64,000 nucleotides of DNA from Octopus sinensis (taxonomy: Eukaryota). The notes beneath the pieces were generated by a model. It was not told the DNA's origin. It saw nothing but the letters and a program-made list of their open reading frames with translations, and made no database searches. The stretch covers positions 20,770,001 through 20,834,000 of the forward strand of contig NC_043021.1 in assembly GCF_006345805.1 (NCBI RefSeq), written 5' to 3'. The position numbers and the translations under genes were made by a program. Positions 50,318 through 63,795 of the stretch are shown here, in pieces (position 1 is the first letter of the stretch; each line of letters opens with the position of its first letter).

Positions 50318-51037
50318 CTTCAAACTTGAAATCTTCAAAGCCACAGTCGAACCAATTCTACTATATGGCTCAGAAACCTGGACGTTATCAAAGAAGCTTT
50401 CGAGGTGGTTGGATGAAACCTACACTCGACTCCTTATGAGAGCTCAAAATCTCTCGTGGAAGCGCCATCCAACCAAAATGCAAATATATGGGAAACTACC
50501 ACCTGTGTCATCTCTTGTGAAAGGTAGGAGAGTCCAGTTTGCTGGACATTGTTGTAGAGCTGAAAAAGAGGTAATCTCTACTCTTCTCCTCTGGAAGCCA
50601 TCTACTCACAATACCAGAGGGCACACACTCTCCTACCCTGATGTAATCTCCAGAGATACAGGCATCCAGCAACAGGACCTCCGTAATGCCATGATGGACC
50701 GTGAAGTCTGGCGTAGCATGGTAAATTCCATTGTCTCGACCACGGTCGAAAAATGATGATGATGATATAATGCTGTAACCCTCTGTAAGGTGTGAAAGGT
50801 AGGAGAGTCCAGTTTGCTGGACATTGTTGTAGAGCTGAAAATGAGGCAATTTCTACTCTTCTCCTCTGGAAGCCATCTACTCACAATACCAGAGGGCGCA
50901 CACTCTCCTACCCTGATGTAATCTCCAGGGATACAGGCATCCAGCAACAGGACCTCCGTAATGCCATGATGGACCGTGAAGTCTGGCGTAGCATGGTAAA
51001 TTCCATTGTCTTGACCACAGTCGAACAATGATGATGA
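50318..51037 (+). mobile_element. 3' fragment of a second LINE family (RTE/RTEX-like C-terminus), 3' ~250 bp tandemly duplicated, (TGA)n tails
   Basis: IFKATVEPILLYGSETWTL...RRVQFAGHCCR...MMDREVWRSMV; repeated in ORF 50792..51031. Confidence 0.75.
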
Positions 51038-51111
51038 CTGCCTCTATGGCAAATGAAATGAATAAAAGTAGACAAAAGAACAGATATGTCGAATACACAA
51101 AACATACTTAC

Positions 51112-51269
51112 TGGTGCACACCAAGATTGATGCAGGCTATACCCAGGTTGTAACGGGAGCGGATGAAGCCAGGGGATAGCTGAAGTGCTTGATGGTAAGC
51201 CTCTACAGCCTGTTCGCTTTTGTTGCTGTTTGCAAGAGATGCTCCGAGTTTATTCCACAGCTGGGCATC
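51112..51269 (-). CDS. PEX5: PEX5 coding exon (TPR)
   Basis: cctag|[52 protein letters not shown]|gtaagt; 158 nt. Confidence 0.97.
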
Positions 51270-51719
51270 CTAGGAAAAAAAAAGGAAAATTTTCCATGTC
51301 TTCAACCCTTTTGATATCTATTTCTTTATTACCCACAAGGGGCTAAACAGAGAGAGGACAAACAAGGACAGACAAACGGATTAAGTCGATTACATCAACC
51401 CCAGTGAGTAACTGGTACTTAATTTATCGACCCCCGAAAGGATGAAAGGCAAAGTCGACCTCGGCGGAATTTGAACTCGGAACGTAACGGCAGACGAAAT
51501 ACGCCTACGCATTTCTGGTTCTATGATGTAGACTTTTGGTTTCAAAGTAATCTGAGCCAAAATCTTCCACCCAAATTTCAGGTTAGTTTATGTTTCTAAC
51601 AACAGTTCAATAATGGCAGTTATTTGAGTAAATTTTTCATTATTTTTACAATTAATTGAAACAAAGTTGGCGTATTTCAACAGAAATGTGGTAATGAAAG
51701 AGTTAGAAAACAATTAGCA

Positions 51720-51933
51720 CCATAATTATTATCACTACTATCATCACCACCACCATCATCATCATCACTATCATCATCACCATCGCCATCACTATCATTA
51801 TCACCATCACTACCATCATCACCATCACTACCATCATCATCACCATCACTACCATCATCATCACCATTACTATCATCATCATCATCATCACTACCAAATC
51901 ATCACCATCACCTCTACCACCACCACCACCACC
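51720..51933. repeat. (CAT/CAC)n trinucleotide tract
   Basis: Direct inspection. Confidence 0.95.
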
Positions 51934-52148
51934 AATGGGATCAAGGAGAAAGCTTTTAGAAATGAGTTATGATGTCCGATCTGTTGGGCGAGCAGTAGGC
52001 AACAATTTTGTATAAGCACAGGTGTGGGTTGTGTGGTAAGAAGTAAGAACTTTGCACTCCGACCACATGGTTCGAAGTTCAATCCTGTTGTAGGGCACCC
52101 TGGGCAGGTGCCTGCTAATATAGTTTCGGGTTGACCGAAGCCTTGTGA

Positions 52149-52993
52149 GTGGAAGATTTTAATTCAAAACTTATGAAAACAAGACATTTGTACTCGGAGC
52201 CAGAGGCAGTTTCAGCTGGGTTGGTATTGAAAGGGTTAAGAATTGTTTCTCTATTATATATTTTAACCCTTTTATTACCATATTTCTGTTGAGATGCTCT
52301 GTGTTTCTTTCAATTATTTAAATATATCAAAGAATTTAGTAAAATAACTTAGTTATCATTCAGCTGGTGTTAGGAACATAAATTGTGACTAAGGTTTGGT
52401 GGAAGATTTTAATTCAAAACTTATGAAAACAAGACATTTGTACTACAGAGCCAGAACCGGTTTCAGCCGGGTTGGTATCGAAAGGGTTAAGAATTGTTTC
52501 TCTATTATATATTTTAACCCTTTTGTTACCATATTTCTGTTGAGATGCACTGTGTTTCTTTCAATTACTTTAAATATATCAAAGAATTTAGTAAAATAAC
52601 TTAGTTATCATTCAGCTAGTGTTAGGAACATAAATTGTGACTAAGGTTTAGTGGAAGATTTTAATTCAAAACTTACGAAAACAAGACATTTGTACTACAG
52701 AGCCAGAGGCAGTTTTGGCCGGTTTGGTATCGAAAGGGTTAAGAATTGTTTCTCTATTATATATTTTAACCCTTTTGTTACCATATTTCTGTTGAGATGC
52801 TCTGTGTTTCTTTCAATTACTTTAAATATATCAAAGAATTTAGTAAAATAACTTAGTTATCATTCAGCTAGTGTTAGGAACATAAATTGTGACTAAGGTT
52901 TAGTGGAAGATTTTAATTCAAAACTTACGAAAACAAGACATTTGTACTACAGAACCAGAGGCGGTTTTGGCCGGTTTGGTAACGAAAGAGTTA
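52149..52993. mobile_element. Tandem of ~3.3 TTAA-flanked MITEs (piggyBac-like ends), period ~250-255 bp; single family members at ~23401-23630 and ~51530-51705
   Basis: Ends TTAACCCTTTTGTTACC ... GGTA(T/A)CGAAAG(G/A)GTTAA, separated by the same ~23-bp spacer gaattgtttctctattatatatt. Confidence 0.65.
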
Positions 52994-53368
52994 ATGAGTC
53001 TTCTCAATAATGTGAAAGCTAAAGAGTTAAACAATGATGATAACGAGCTCCAATCAAACCACAGGCTTCATTCAGTCTTCATAGCATTGTGTCACGTTCA
53101 ATAATGTACTCCAAGATACACAATACCAAAGAGGATAGAATAACTCTGCCTGGCATGGATTTCAGGTCTTTTACCCTTTGCTTGTTTCTGTCATTAAACT
53201 GGGGTCATGCTAGGGCATGACCCTGAAGAATTTGTAGTTGAAGGCATTGACCCCAGTACTTATATTTTTTATAGCTTGGTACTTATTCTATTAGTCTCTT
53301 TTGTCACACTGCTAAGTTATAGGGAACATAAATACACCAGCACTGGCTGTCAAGTGGTGGAGGTGGGA

Positions 53369-53437
<69 letters not shown>

Positions 53438-53452
53438 ATATATATGTGTATA

Positions 53453-53543
<91 letters not shown>

Positions 53544-53638
53544 ATATATATATGATGATCTTCTTTCAGCTTCCATCTACCAAATCAACTTACAAGGCTT
53601 TGGTTGGCCCTGGGGTATAGCCTAGTAATACACACTGC

Positions 53639-53677
<39 letters not shown>

Positions 53678-53824
53678 CATTAGGAAGGGCATCCAGCCAA
53701 AGAAACCATGCCAAATCAGACTGGTGTCTGGTACAGCCCCCCACTCCAGCTTGCCAGCCCTGGTTGAACCATCCTATCCATGCCAGCATGGACAATGGAT
53801 GTTAAATGATGATGATGATGATAT

Positions 53825-54230
53825 ATACTCTTTTACTTGTTTCAGCCATTTGGCTGTGGCCATGCTGGGGCGCCGCCTTTAGTTGATCAAATCGACCCCA
53901 GGACTTATTCTTTGTAAGCCTAGTACTTTTTTCTATCAGTCTCTTTTGCTGATCCGGTAGGTTACGGGGACGTAAACACACCAACACTGGTTGTCAAGCA
54001 ATGTTGGGGGGACAAATACAGACACACAAACATATGCACACACATACATATATATATACATATATACAACAGGCTTCTTTCAATTTCCGTCTACCAAATC
54101 CACTCACAAGGCTTTGGTTGGCCCGAGGTTATAGCAAAAGACACTTGCCCAAGGTGCCACGCTGTGGGACTGAACCCAGAACCATGTGGTTGGTAAGCAA
54201 GCTACTTACCACACAGCCACTCCTATGCCT
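53825..54230 (-). mobile_element. tRNA-derived SINE family A (other copies: 24040-24440 -, 55445-55845 -, 58715-59118 +; heads at 2204-2362, 11415-11570, 41565-41710, 62850-63000)
   Basis: Head ggagtggctgtgtggtaag...gggttcagtccca, body ccttgggcaagtgtcttctac, tail ...gactgaaacaagtaaaagag. Confidence 0.75.
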
Positions 54231-54247
54231 ATATATACACACACACA

Positions 54248-54460
54248 GCGAGCTGGCAGAAACGTTAGCATGCCAGGCGAAATGCGTAGCCCTATTTCGT
54301 CTGCCGTTACATTCTGGGTTCAAATTCCGCCAAGGTCGACTTTGCCGTTCATTCTTTCGGGGTTGATAAATTAAGTACCAGTTACGCACTGGGGTCGATG
54401 TAATCGACTCAATCCGTTTGTCCCCTCTGTGTTTAGCCTCTTGTGGGTAGTAAAGAAATA
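54248..54460 (+). mobile_element. SINE family B (other copies ~3205-3430, 24795-25010, 25315-25530, 51320-51515, 59945-60170, 63010-63150)
   Basis: gagctggcagaaacgttagc...gttcaaattccgccgaggtcgactttgcctttcatcctttcggggtcgataaattaagtacc. Confidence 0.75.
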
Positions 54461-54697
54461 TATATATACACACACACACATACATAATTATATTATGTAT
54501 TTTAATATGTACACACACATAGGAAGCTAGAAATAGCAGTAAGAGACGAGGTGAAAAGAGAGGAGCACTCACTTTCATTATCCATCCCCTCCTCTCCCAT
54601 TCTTTCTCTCTCTACCAAATTCTCTCTGTCCTCTCTCTTTCTCTCACTTTCCTTCCTGGTGTCTGCCTTCATTTGGTATTGAACTCGGACTACTTAC

Positions 54698-54784
54698 GTT
54701 TGGACGGGCTTGAAGTGCTGCGTTGAAACAGTCGACTGCCTTGCTGAGGTCTCCACTTAGGTTGAAGAGGACTCCTAGACCACA
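54698..54784 (-). CDS. PEX5: PEX5 coding exon (TPR)
   Basis: ttgcag|[29 protein letters not shown]|gtaagt; 87 nt, phase 0/0. Confidence 0.97.
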
Positions 54785-56929
54785 CTGCAAGAAGTGGTGG
54801 TGGTGGTGGTGGTGTTTGAAGGAGGAAAGTAAAAAAAATGAAAAAGAAAAGAGAGACAAATAACATAAAAATCAGAAAAACAACCAACAGAAAATATAAT
54901 TTATCATCATCATCATTGAGTGAATGAGGGAATAACTGTATGATAATAGAGTCTGCTAGAAATAGCAGCCAAACTTCTCCCTCTCTCTCTCAGATCACAT
55001 CTTGTCATCTTAGGTACACAATGGTATGGTTATGGTCAGAAAACGTCCAGTTATAGGGTCTTGGGGATCAGGACTGACCTGGGGCTAAACAACAACATTT
55101 CTATCGGGGTCATTGCAAATCAACACAAAATATTCTTGCTGTCATGATCATCATTTTCAACCTGGTCAGCATCATCATCATCATCGTCATCACTACTGTT
55201 ATTAAGGGGGCAAGCTGGCAGAATTGTTAGCACACTTGCCAAAATGCTTAGTGGTATTTTGTCTGCCTTTACGTTCTGAGTTCAGATTCTGCTGAGGTCC
55301 ACTTTGCCTTTTCATCTTTTGGGGGTCAATAAATAAATTAAGTACCAGTAAAACACTGGGGGGCAATATAACCAACTAGTCCCCTCCCAAAAATTTCAGG
55401 CCTTGTACCTTCAGTAGAAAGGATTATTACTCTTTTACTCTCTCTTTTCTCTTTTACTTGTTTCAGTCATTTGACTGCGGCCATGCTGGATCACCGCCTT
55501 TAGTCGAGCAAATCGACCCCGGGACTTATTCTTTGTAAGCCCAGTACTTATTCTATTGGTCTCTTTTGCCGAACCGCTAAGTGACGGGGACGTAAACACA
55601 CCAGCATCGGTTGTCAAGCAATGCTAGGGGGACAAACACAGACACACAAACGTATACACACATATATATATATACATATATACGACAGGCTTCTTTCAGT
55701 TTCCGTCTACCAAATCCACTCACAAGGCATTGGTCGACCCGGGGCTATAGCAGAAGACATTTGCCCAAGATGCCATGCAGTGGGACTGAAACCGGAACCA
55801 TGTGGTTGGTAAGCAAGCTACTTACCACACAGCCACTCCTGCACCTATATTATTATTATTATTATTATTACTATTTTCATGTCCACTTAGGTTCGATAGA
55901 GATTATTTAGGCAGATTTTCTGTTCCCTGATGCCTTTCCTGTTGCCCACCCACACCTGTTTCCAAATATAGTAATATTTTCCTAAGGCAACACGTTTTTG
56001 CAGGATACTGAAAATAAACGACACTGATTGTACGACAGTGACACTCATTTACAACTATCAGGCGATGTTAAGACAAGGCATCACAAAAATACACACACAC
56101 ACACACATATGTGAGGAGGCGGTGAAAAGTTCCTGGCTTTGGGTAAAAAGAAAAAAACAAACGGATCAGTTAATTATGGTTTATTCAACATATCCTCCTC
56201 TCAAATTCACACACTTATCGCCGCTGTCCTTCAGTTTTACTAAACCCTGTGAAAGAACTTGGAAAGTTGGGCCTCCAGCCAAGTCATTTGTGGTACCCTT
56301 AAAGCAAGAAGCTTTTCAGCACCTCTTCATAATATATACATGCGCAAACACACACACACACAATGGGTTTTTTTTCCAGCTCCCATCTACCACCAAATCC
56401 ACTCACAAGGCTTTGGTCAACCTGGAGCTATAGTAAAAACACTTGCCCAGTGGTACCATGCAGTGGGATTGAACTCAAAGCCATGTGATTGGGAAGCAAA
56501 ACTCCTAAGCACCCACTACACTCTCGGAGTGGTTGGCGTTAGGAAGGGCATCCAGCTGTAGAAACACTGCCAGATCAGACTGGGCCTGGCACAGCCTTCT
56601 GGCTTCCCAGACCCCAGTTGAACCGTCCAACCCATGCTAGCCTGGAAAACGGATGTTAAACGATGATGATGATGATGATGATGACAACCATGTCTGCACC
56701 TATCATTACAACCACAATTATCAATCAAACGTTAATCCTTTTGATTCCAATCCGCCTGAGACCACCGCTGGTTAAGTGATACAATCTTTCATTACACGCT
56801 GAGCCTGCCTAGGAATTATATTAACCCTTTTATTTCTAAACCAGCTATACCCGGTCCAAATGTTTGACCTGCACAAGCCAAGTGAAATCGTAGTTGTGGC
56901 TGATCCTGGTGTCATATAACTGGCATGTG

Positions 56930-57450
56930 AAAAGCCCCCTTTCAAATGTTGGGCCTCATGGAGGCAAAGTGGCCGATGCTGGTGGCATGTGAAAAGCCCC
57001 TTTCAAGTGTTGGGCCTCATGGAGGTAAAGTGGCCAATTTGGTGGGATGTGAAAAGCCCCTTTCAAGTGTTGGGCCTCATGGAGGTAAAGTGGCCAATTT
57101 GGTGGGATGTGAAAAGCCCCTTTCAAGTGTTGGGCTTCATGGAGGCAAAGTGGCCAATGCTGGTGGCATGTGAAAAGCCCCCTTTCAAGTGTTGGGCCTC
57201 ATGGAGGCAAAGTGGCCAATGCTGGTGGCATGTGAAAAGCCCCCTTTCAAGTCTTGGGCCTCATGGAGGCAAAGTGGCCAATGCTGGTGGCATGTGAAAA
57301 GCCCCCTTTCAAATGTTGGGCCTCATGGAGGCAAAGTGGCCAATGCTGGTGGCATGTGAAAAGCCCCCTTTCAAGTGTTGGGCCTCATGGAGGCAAAGTG
57401 GCCAATGCTGGTGGCATGTGAAAAGCCCCCTTTCAAGTTTTGGGCCTCAT
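56930..57450. repeat. ~62-bp minisatellite, ~8 copies, followed by an RTE-type 3' module ending in (GAT)n at ~57760
   Basis: ggcatgtgaaaagccccctttcaagtgttgggcctcatggaggcaaagtggccaatgctggt repeated. Confidence 0.9.
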
Positions 57451-57807
57451 GGGGGCAATGATGAATGACCGAGACCTTTGGCATTATGTTGTGCTTGAGA
57501 AGAAGACCCATCAAGCCAAGTAAAATTGCAATCGTGGCAGATACTGGTGTCACACCAATGGCACCTGTGCTGGTGGCACATAAAAGCACCCATTACACAC
57601 TTGGAGTGACTGGTGTTAGGAAGGGCATCCAGCCATAGAAAACCATGCCAAGTCAGACTGGAGTCTGGTGCAGCCTTCCAGCTAGCCAGCCCTGGTCAAA
57701 CTGTCCGACCCATATCAGCATGGACAACAGACATATGATGATGATGATGATGATGATGATGACAATAGATGCAAATACAAAATATGCAAATACACACACA
57801 CACCTAC

Positions 57808-57886
57808 CTGGACATCTGGATCGATTTTGTTTGGAGAGAGGCGGGCAGCTTCGATGTATAAGTCTCGTATCTCCATCATTTGATTT
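57808..57886 (-). CDS. PEX5: PEX5 coding exon
   Basis: aaacag|(K)NQMMEIRDLYIEAARLSPNKIDPDVQ|gtaggt; 79 nt, phases fit both neighbours. Confidence 0.93.
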
Positions 57887-57954
57887 CTGTTTGGAAAACA
57901 GAAGGAAGTGGATTTATGGGTAATTGTGAGTATGATAAGAAGAGTGGTGAGAGA

Positions 57955-58127
57955 AAGAGAGCAAGAGATAGATATATAGAGAGATAGACAGACGGACAGG
58001 GAGATAGACAGACGGATAGGAAGCTAGACGGATAGGGAGCTAGCCGGACAGGGAGCTAGCCGGACAGGGAGCTAGCCGGACAGGGAGATAGACGGACAGG
58101 GAGATAGACGGATAGGGAGATAGACGG

Positions 58128-58166
<39 letters not shown>

Positions 58167-58529
58167 GGAGAAAGATAGACAGACGGACAGGGAGATAGAC
58201 AGACGGATAGGAAGCTAGACGGGTAGGGAGCTAGACGGACAGGGAGATAGATGGACAGGGAGATAGATGGACAGGGAGCTAGATGGATAGGGAGACAGAC
58301 GGACAGGGAGATAGATGGATAGGGAGATAGATAGATAGATAGATAGATGGGTAGATATAGATAGATAAATAGACAGACAGACTGGTAGATATGTAGATAT
58401 AAACAGATAAATAGATGGAAAGATAGAGATAAATAGATGGATAAATAGATAGACAGATAGATAGGCATGTATAGATAGATAGATAGACAGACCGATAGAA
58501 TTGTAGATATAAATAGATATATAGATAGA
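57955..58529. repeat. Complex GATA/GACG/GGGA tetranucleotide-based minisatellite
   Basis: Direct inspection. Confidence 0.9.
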
Positions 58530-59160
58530 TGGAAGCCATTGAAGAAGCAGTGCTTGCACCAGCAGAAGACATTTGCCCAAGGTACCATGCAGAGGGACTG
58601 AATTCAGAACCATGTGATAAGGAAGAAAACCGCTTCCACACAGCCACGTCTGCACCTATTACATACACAAAAAAAATTCTTTAAAATAAAAAAAAAAAAA
58701 AAGAAAAAGCCTTATAGGCGCAGGAGTGGCTGTGTGGTAAGTAGCTTGCTAACCAACCACATGGTTTCGGGTTCAGTCCCACTGTGTGGCACCTTGGGCA
58801 AGTGTCTTCTACTGTAGCCTCGGGCTGACCAAAGCCTTGTGAGTGGATTTGGTAGACGGAAACTGAAAGAAGCCCGTCGTATATATGTATATATATATGT
58901 GTGTTTGTATGTTTGTGTGTCTGTGTTTGTCCCCCTAGCATTGCTTGACAACCGATGCTGGTGTGTTTACGTCCCTGTTACTTAGCGGTTCGGCAAAAGA
59001 GACTGATAGAATAAGTACTGGGCTTACAAAGAATAAGTCCCGGGGTCGAGTTGCTCGATTAAAGGCGGTGCTCCAGCGTGGCCGCAGTCAAATGACTGAA
59101 ACAAGTAAAAGAGTAAAGAGTATACTGAGTTAAATGTGTTCTCAAAGAAATTCTACTCAC

Positions 59161-59355
59161 TTGGAAGCCATTGAAGAAGCAGTGCTTGCACTGCCAGGTT
59201 TAATTTCAGAAATAGGTGCCAAATGAGAATACTGAGGGTTATGGGCCAACCAAGACTTCAGGGCCGAGCAAGCTTGCAACTGTTGGTATTCGTTGGTGTA
59301 ACTCACTGCAATGGCCATCCAAGCAGTGAGGTTGTCTGGCTGCAATTCCAAGCAT
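59161..59355 (-). CDS. PEX5: PEX5 coding exon (TPR)
   Basis: catag|(K)[36 protein letters not shown]...SSMAS|gtgagt; 195 nt. Confidence 0.96.
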
Positions 59356-60751
59356 CTATGAAAAATAAAACAAGCGGTATTTAAAAAATAATTTATCTCT
59401 ATGATCCTAATATTGTGGGCTGTTTTCTTTTCTCCTGCACAGAATCATCAGCATTTCATCATTTTAATGTCCCCTTTTCCATGTGTGCATAGGTCAGACA
59501 GAATTTGTTGGGGCAGATTTTCTATAACTGAATGTGAATTCCTGTTGTCAACCCTCAACTGCTTTTATGTAAGGTAATATTCCCCCATGGTTAAGCATGT
59601 CTCTGTAGAATATTAGAAATGAACAACACTGCTTGTATGACAGTGACATTCATTTACAATTGTCACATGGTATCAAGACACAAACATACAATGAATTTCT
59701 TTCAGTTTCTGTCTACCAAATCCACTCATAAAGCTCTGTTTGGCCCGTGGCTGTAGTAGAAGACACTTATCCAAGGTGCCATGCTGTGGGATGGAACCCA
59801 AATACCATGTGTTTGGGAAGCAAACTTCTTAACCATAGTTTAGTCAGAAGCATCAGAGTGCCTGTGATGCTTTTGAAAGGACTATTAGACTAGCACAAGG
59901 AAAAGGAAGAAGCAACTTTGTTCACAATCATCAAAGTATCAAGGCGAGCTGGCAGAAACGTTAGCACACCGAGTGGAATGCTTAGCAGTATTTCGTCTGC
60001 CGTTACGTTCTGAGTTCAAATTCCGCCGAGGTCGACTTTGCCATTCATCCTTTCGAAGTCGATAAATTAAGTACCAGTTACGCATTGAGGTCGAATGTAA
60101 TCAACTTAATCCGTTTGTCTGTCCTTGTTTGTCCTCTCTGTGTTTAGCCCATTTGTGGGTAGAGAAATAGATATTTCGTCTGTCTTTAAGTCCTGAGTTC
60201 AAATTCCGCTGAGGACAGTTTTACCTTTCATCCTTTCGAGGTCAATAAATTAAGTACCAGTTACGTACTGGTGACGAGCTAATCGACTGGTCTCCCAACC
60301 AAAAAAAAAAAATATTGTGGGCCTTATTCCTTGAGTAGAAAAAAAAAATTTTATCCTTTTGGGGTCGATAAATTAAGTACCAGTTACGCACTTGGGTTGA
60401 TCTAATTGACTTAATCCCTTTGTTTGTCCCCTCTATGTTTGGCCCCTTGTGGGCAATAAAGAAATAACAATCATCATGGTATCAAGTCCCTCTCAAGTAG
60501 GAAACTTGTAAAAAACCTGTTCTGAATACCTGCGATAGGTGGGTTCTGATAAAAACACCCAAGGACAGTTGGTGGTATTAAACTCACTGCAGGATGAAGC
60601 CTACAACTCAGGAGAAGATACAGTCTATCCCAAGGGATTTCTGCATAGTTTCTGCTTCCTGAACTTTATTCATAACGACAAAGATCACAGAAGTTCTTCT
60701 AAAAAATCTTTTCTTCAACATAGCTATCAATGTTTCATGTACAATACTTAC

Positions 60752-60822
60752 TTCTTGAGAGCAGCAATGGCTGCTGGTTCCCTTTCATTTTCAGCCTGTG
60801 TTGTGCCCAGATACTGCCAAGC
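60752..60822 (-). CDS. PEX5: PEX5 coding exon (TPR)
   Basis: ttttag|AWQYLGTTQAENEREPAAIAALK|gtaagt; 71 nt. Confidence 0.96.
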
Positions 60823-61800
60823 CTAAAAGAAGACAATAAATAAATAGCAACAACAACAATAATATAATGATAATATAATAATAATAATAATAAATGCCCT
60901 GATGCAGTACAGGCAGTGGCTCTCATGGCTTCTGATCTTAACTGATTGGAAGTGTTATCATGTACATTGTTTGTCTTGGTAATAAAAGATGGACTTCACA
61001 GCAAATATTCTGCTCAATACCACAGATTTGCTTTCAGTTGTTTGACCTTAACCAGTTGAGCAGTCCCTTAGTGGCTGACGATATTGTGCATCTCTGATCA
61101 CGAGCAGAAGTAGTGGGGAGCATCGGCCATGTGTTGAGAGGGATTCTTTGGAGTTTGAATGGTTCACCTCTGAAACATAGGTGTTTCGTTCAACATCCTA
61201 AAGCAACCCTTATTCAAGGACCTTTTGAGCAAGGATGGGCTACTCAACTGAAGAAAATTCTAACTGGGTCCCACCTGCAAGGTCATGTGCTGTTTATCTT
61301 GATATGAGATCACCATGTCACACATATGATTGTGATGCATGTGCCTGGTGTACCCTTATCAGACAGGTAGTCATGATGGGTATACGGGCTTCGTATATTT
61401 TACCCCCTGTCACTTTGATGGCATGAACTGCTCTCTCACTCAATAATAATAATAAGAAGAAGAATTTTATCTACTCTGGGCACAAGGCCCAAAATTTTTA
61501 GGGAGGGGACCAGTTGATTAGATCGACTCCAGTACACAACTGGTACTTAATTTATCGACCCTGAAAGGATGAAAGGCAAAGTTGACCTCAGTGGAATTTG
61601 AACTCAGACCATAAAGACAGACAAAATACTGTTAAGCATTTCACCCGGCATTTCTGCCAGCTCACTGCCTTAATAATAATGACAATGATGATGATGCTGA
61701 TAATAATAATAATAATATTGCATGGTGAGAGGGGTGAAATGGTACAGCACATTGTTAGCAGATGCCTGCAATTGGCACAACGTGAATACAAAAGATGCCA

Positions 61801-62365
61801 TGAAGGTCTCACCGAGGAAATGACCACAGACCGAGACCTTTGGAAGTGTGCTGTGTGTGGGAAGACCCGGTAGGACAAGTGAGACCATAACCCGTGGCCT
61901 CTACCTGGGACGTAGCCAGCCCACTTATGTATACCTTTCCTTCTTGTGACACAAACCCTACTTGTGAAGACCTGTTGAGGCAAGTGAAAATGAAAAATCA
62001 AAATCAAAATCAATCAACATCAATGGAAATTGTAGCTGTGATACCAGTGCCGAGGGCACGTAAGAGAACCATCCGAACGTGGCCGTTGCCAGCGCCGCCC
62101 CGACTGGCCTCCGTGCCAGTGGCACGTAAAATGCACCATCCGATTGTGGTCGTTGCCAGCCTCGTCTGGCACCTATGCAGGTGGCACGTAAAAAGCACCC
62201 ACTACACTCACGGAGTGGTTGGCGTTAGGAAGGGCATCCAGCTGTAGAAACACTGCCAGATCAGACTGGAGCCTGGTGCAGCCTCCTGGCTTCCCAGACT
62301 CCGGTCGAACCGTCCAACCCATGCTAGCATGGAAAGCGGACGCTAAACGAAGATGATGATGATGT
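61801..62365 (+). mobile_element. 5'-truncated RTE copy (ORF2 end + 3' UTR + terminal module + (GAT)n)
   Basis: GLTEEMTTDRDLWKCAV matches the C-terminus of both long RTE copies and is followed by the same 3' UTR, VNTR units and terminal module. Confidence 0.8.
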
Positions 62366-62480
62366 CTAGGACTCCTATAGCGGCCCCTGCACCCCAAGGC
62401 ACCTGTGATTCCTTCAGCCATCTTACACACCCCTGTGTGTCACCCTTATAGCTCCCTACACATCTATATCTGATACTTAC

Positions 62481-62624
62481 TTCGGCATGAGATGCATCTT
62501 TCTGTACTGCTGCTTCGAACAAAAGGACGGCGTTAGGAATGTCTCCTTTCTTTAGTTTCTCCAGTCCGGCATTGAAAGGATCTTTCTGTTGTAATAACGG
62601 GTTTTCACTAGCAAACTTGTAGTC
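62481..62624 (-). CDS. PEX5: PEX5 coding exon (start of the TPR domain)
   Basis: ttatag|DYKFASENPLLQQKDPFNAGLEKLKKGDIPNAVLLFEAAVQKDASHAE|gtaagt; 144 nt. The seven exons total 951 nt in one open frame. Upstream exons lie beyond the window. Confidence 0.96.
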
Positions 62625-63795
62625 CTATAAAGAAGAAATCATATATATTAGAAACAACAACAAGAACAACCACATCATCATCATCCCTTAATGTCCGTTT
62701 TCCATGCTGGTATGGGTTGAATGGTTTCACCGGCACTAACTAGCTGAAGAACTGCCTGAGTTCCATGTCTACTTTGGTATGGCTTCTATGGCTGTGTACC
62801 CTTTCTAATGCCAACCAGTTCACAGTGTACTCTCTCTCTCTTTTACTCTTTTGTAAAAGTTTCTCTCTACCAAATCCACTCACAAGGCTTTGGTCGGTCC
62901 GAGGGTATAATAGAAGACACTTGCCCAAGGTGCCACGCAGTGGGACTGAACCCAGAACCATGTGGTTGGTAAGCAAGCTACTTATCACACAGCCACTAAC
63001 CCCAGTGTTTCATTAATACTTAATTTATCAACCCCGAAAGGATGAAAGGCAAAGTCAACCTCGGCAGAATTTGATCTCAGAACATGGCAGCAGACAGAAT
63101 ACCACTAAGCATCTCACCTAGTGTGCTAACAGTTCTATCAGATTGCTGCTGCTGCAGCAACAACAACAACAATAACAACAGCAACAACCATCATCATCGA
63201 CATTAGCGCCCGCTTTCCATGCTAGCATGGGTTGGACGGTGCAACTGGGGTCTGGGAAGTCTGATCTGGCAATGTTTCTACGGCTGGATGCCCTTCCTAA
63301 CGCCAATCACTCCATGAGTGTAGTGGGTGCTTTTTATGTGCCACCGGCACAGGTGCCAGACGAGGCTGGCAAACGGCCACTATCGGATGGCGCTTTTTAC
63401 GTGCCACCGGCACGGGGGCCAGTCGAATAATACAGGTGAGTTCATAGAGGGATAGTAAACTCTTCTGCTATATAGATTTTCATATTTGAGAAGTGCACTA
63501 TAACACATTTTGTAAGGGCATCTGGGTTATAGAAAATTCTGTCTGACCCATGCAAGTATGGAAAACCGGATGCTGAATGAGGATGATGAGAGAGAAAGTA
63601 AGAGACAAAAAGAGGAGAGAATGATAGAGATAGAGAGAGAGAGAGGTTGAAGAATGCAGTAACTAACTTGGTAGAGTTCACTGTCAGTATATTCTGTCAA
63701 CCAGGGATGGCCGTCAGTCACATTTCTGTAACACATGAAAAAAAAAAAATTCATTTAGACTTCAATGCCTCACATGAAATTGGACAGGCACTTAC

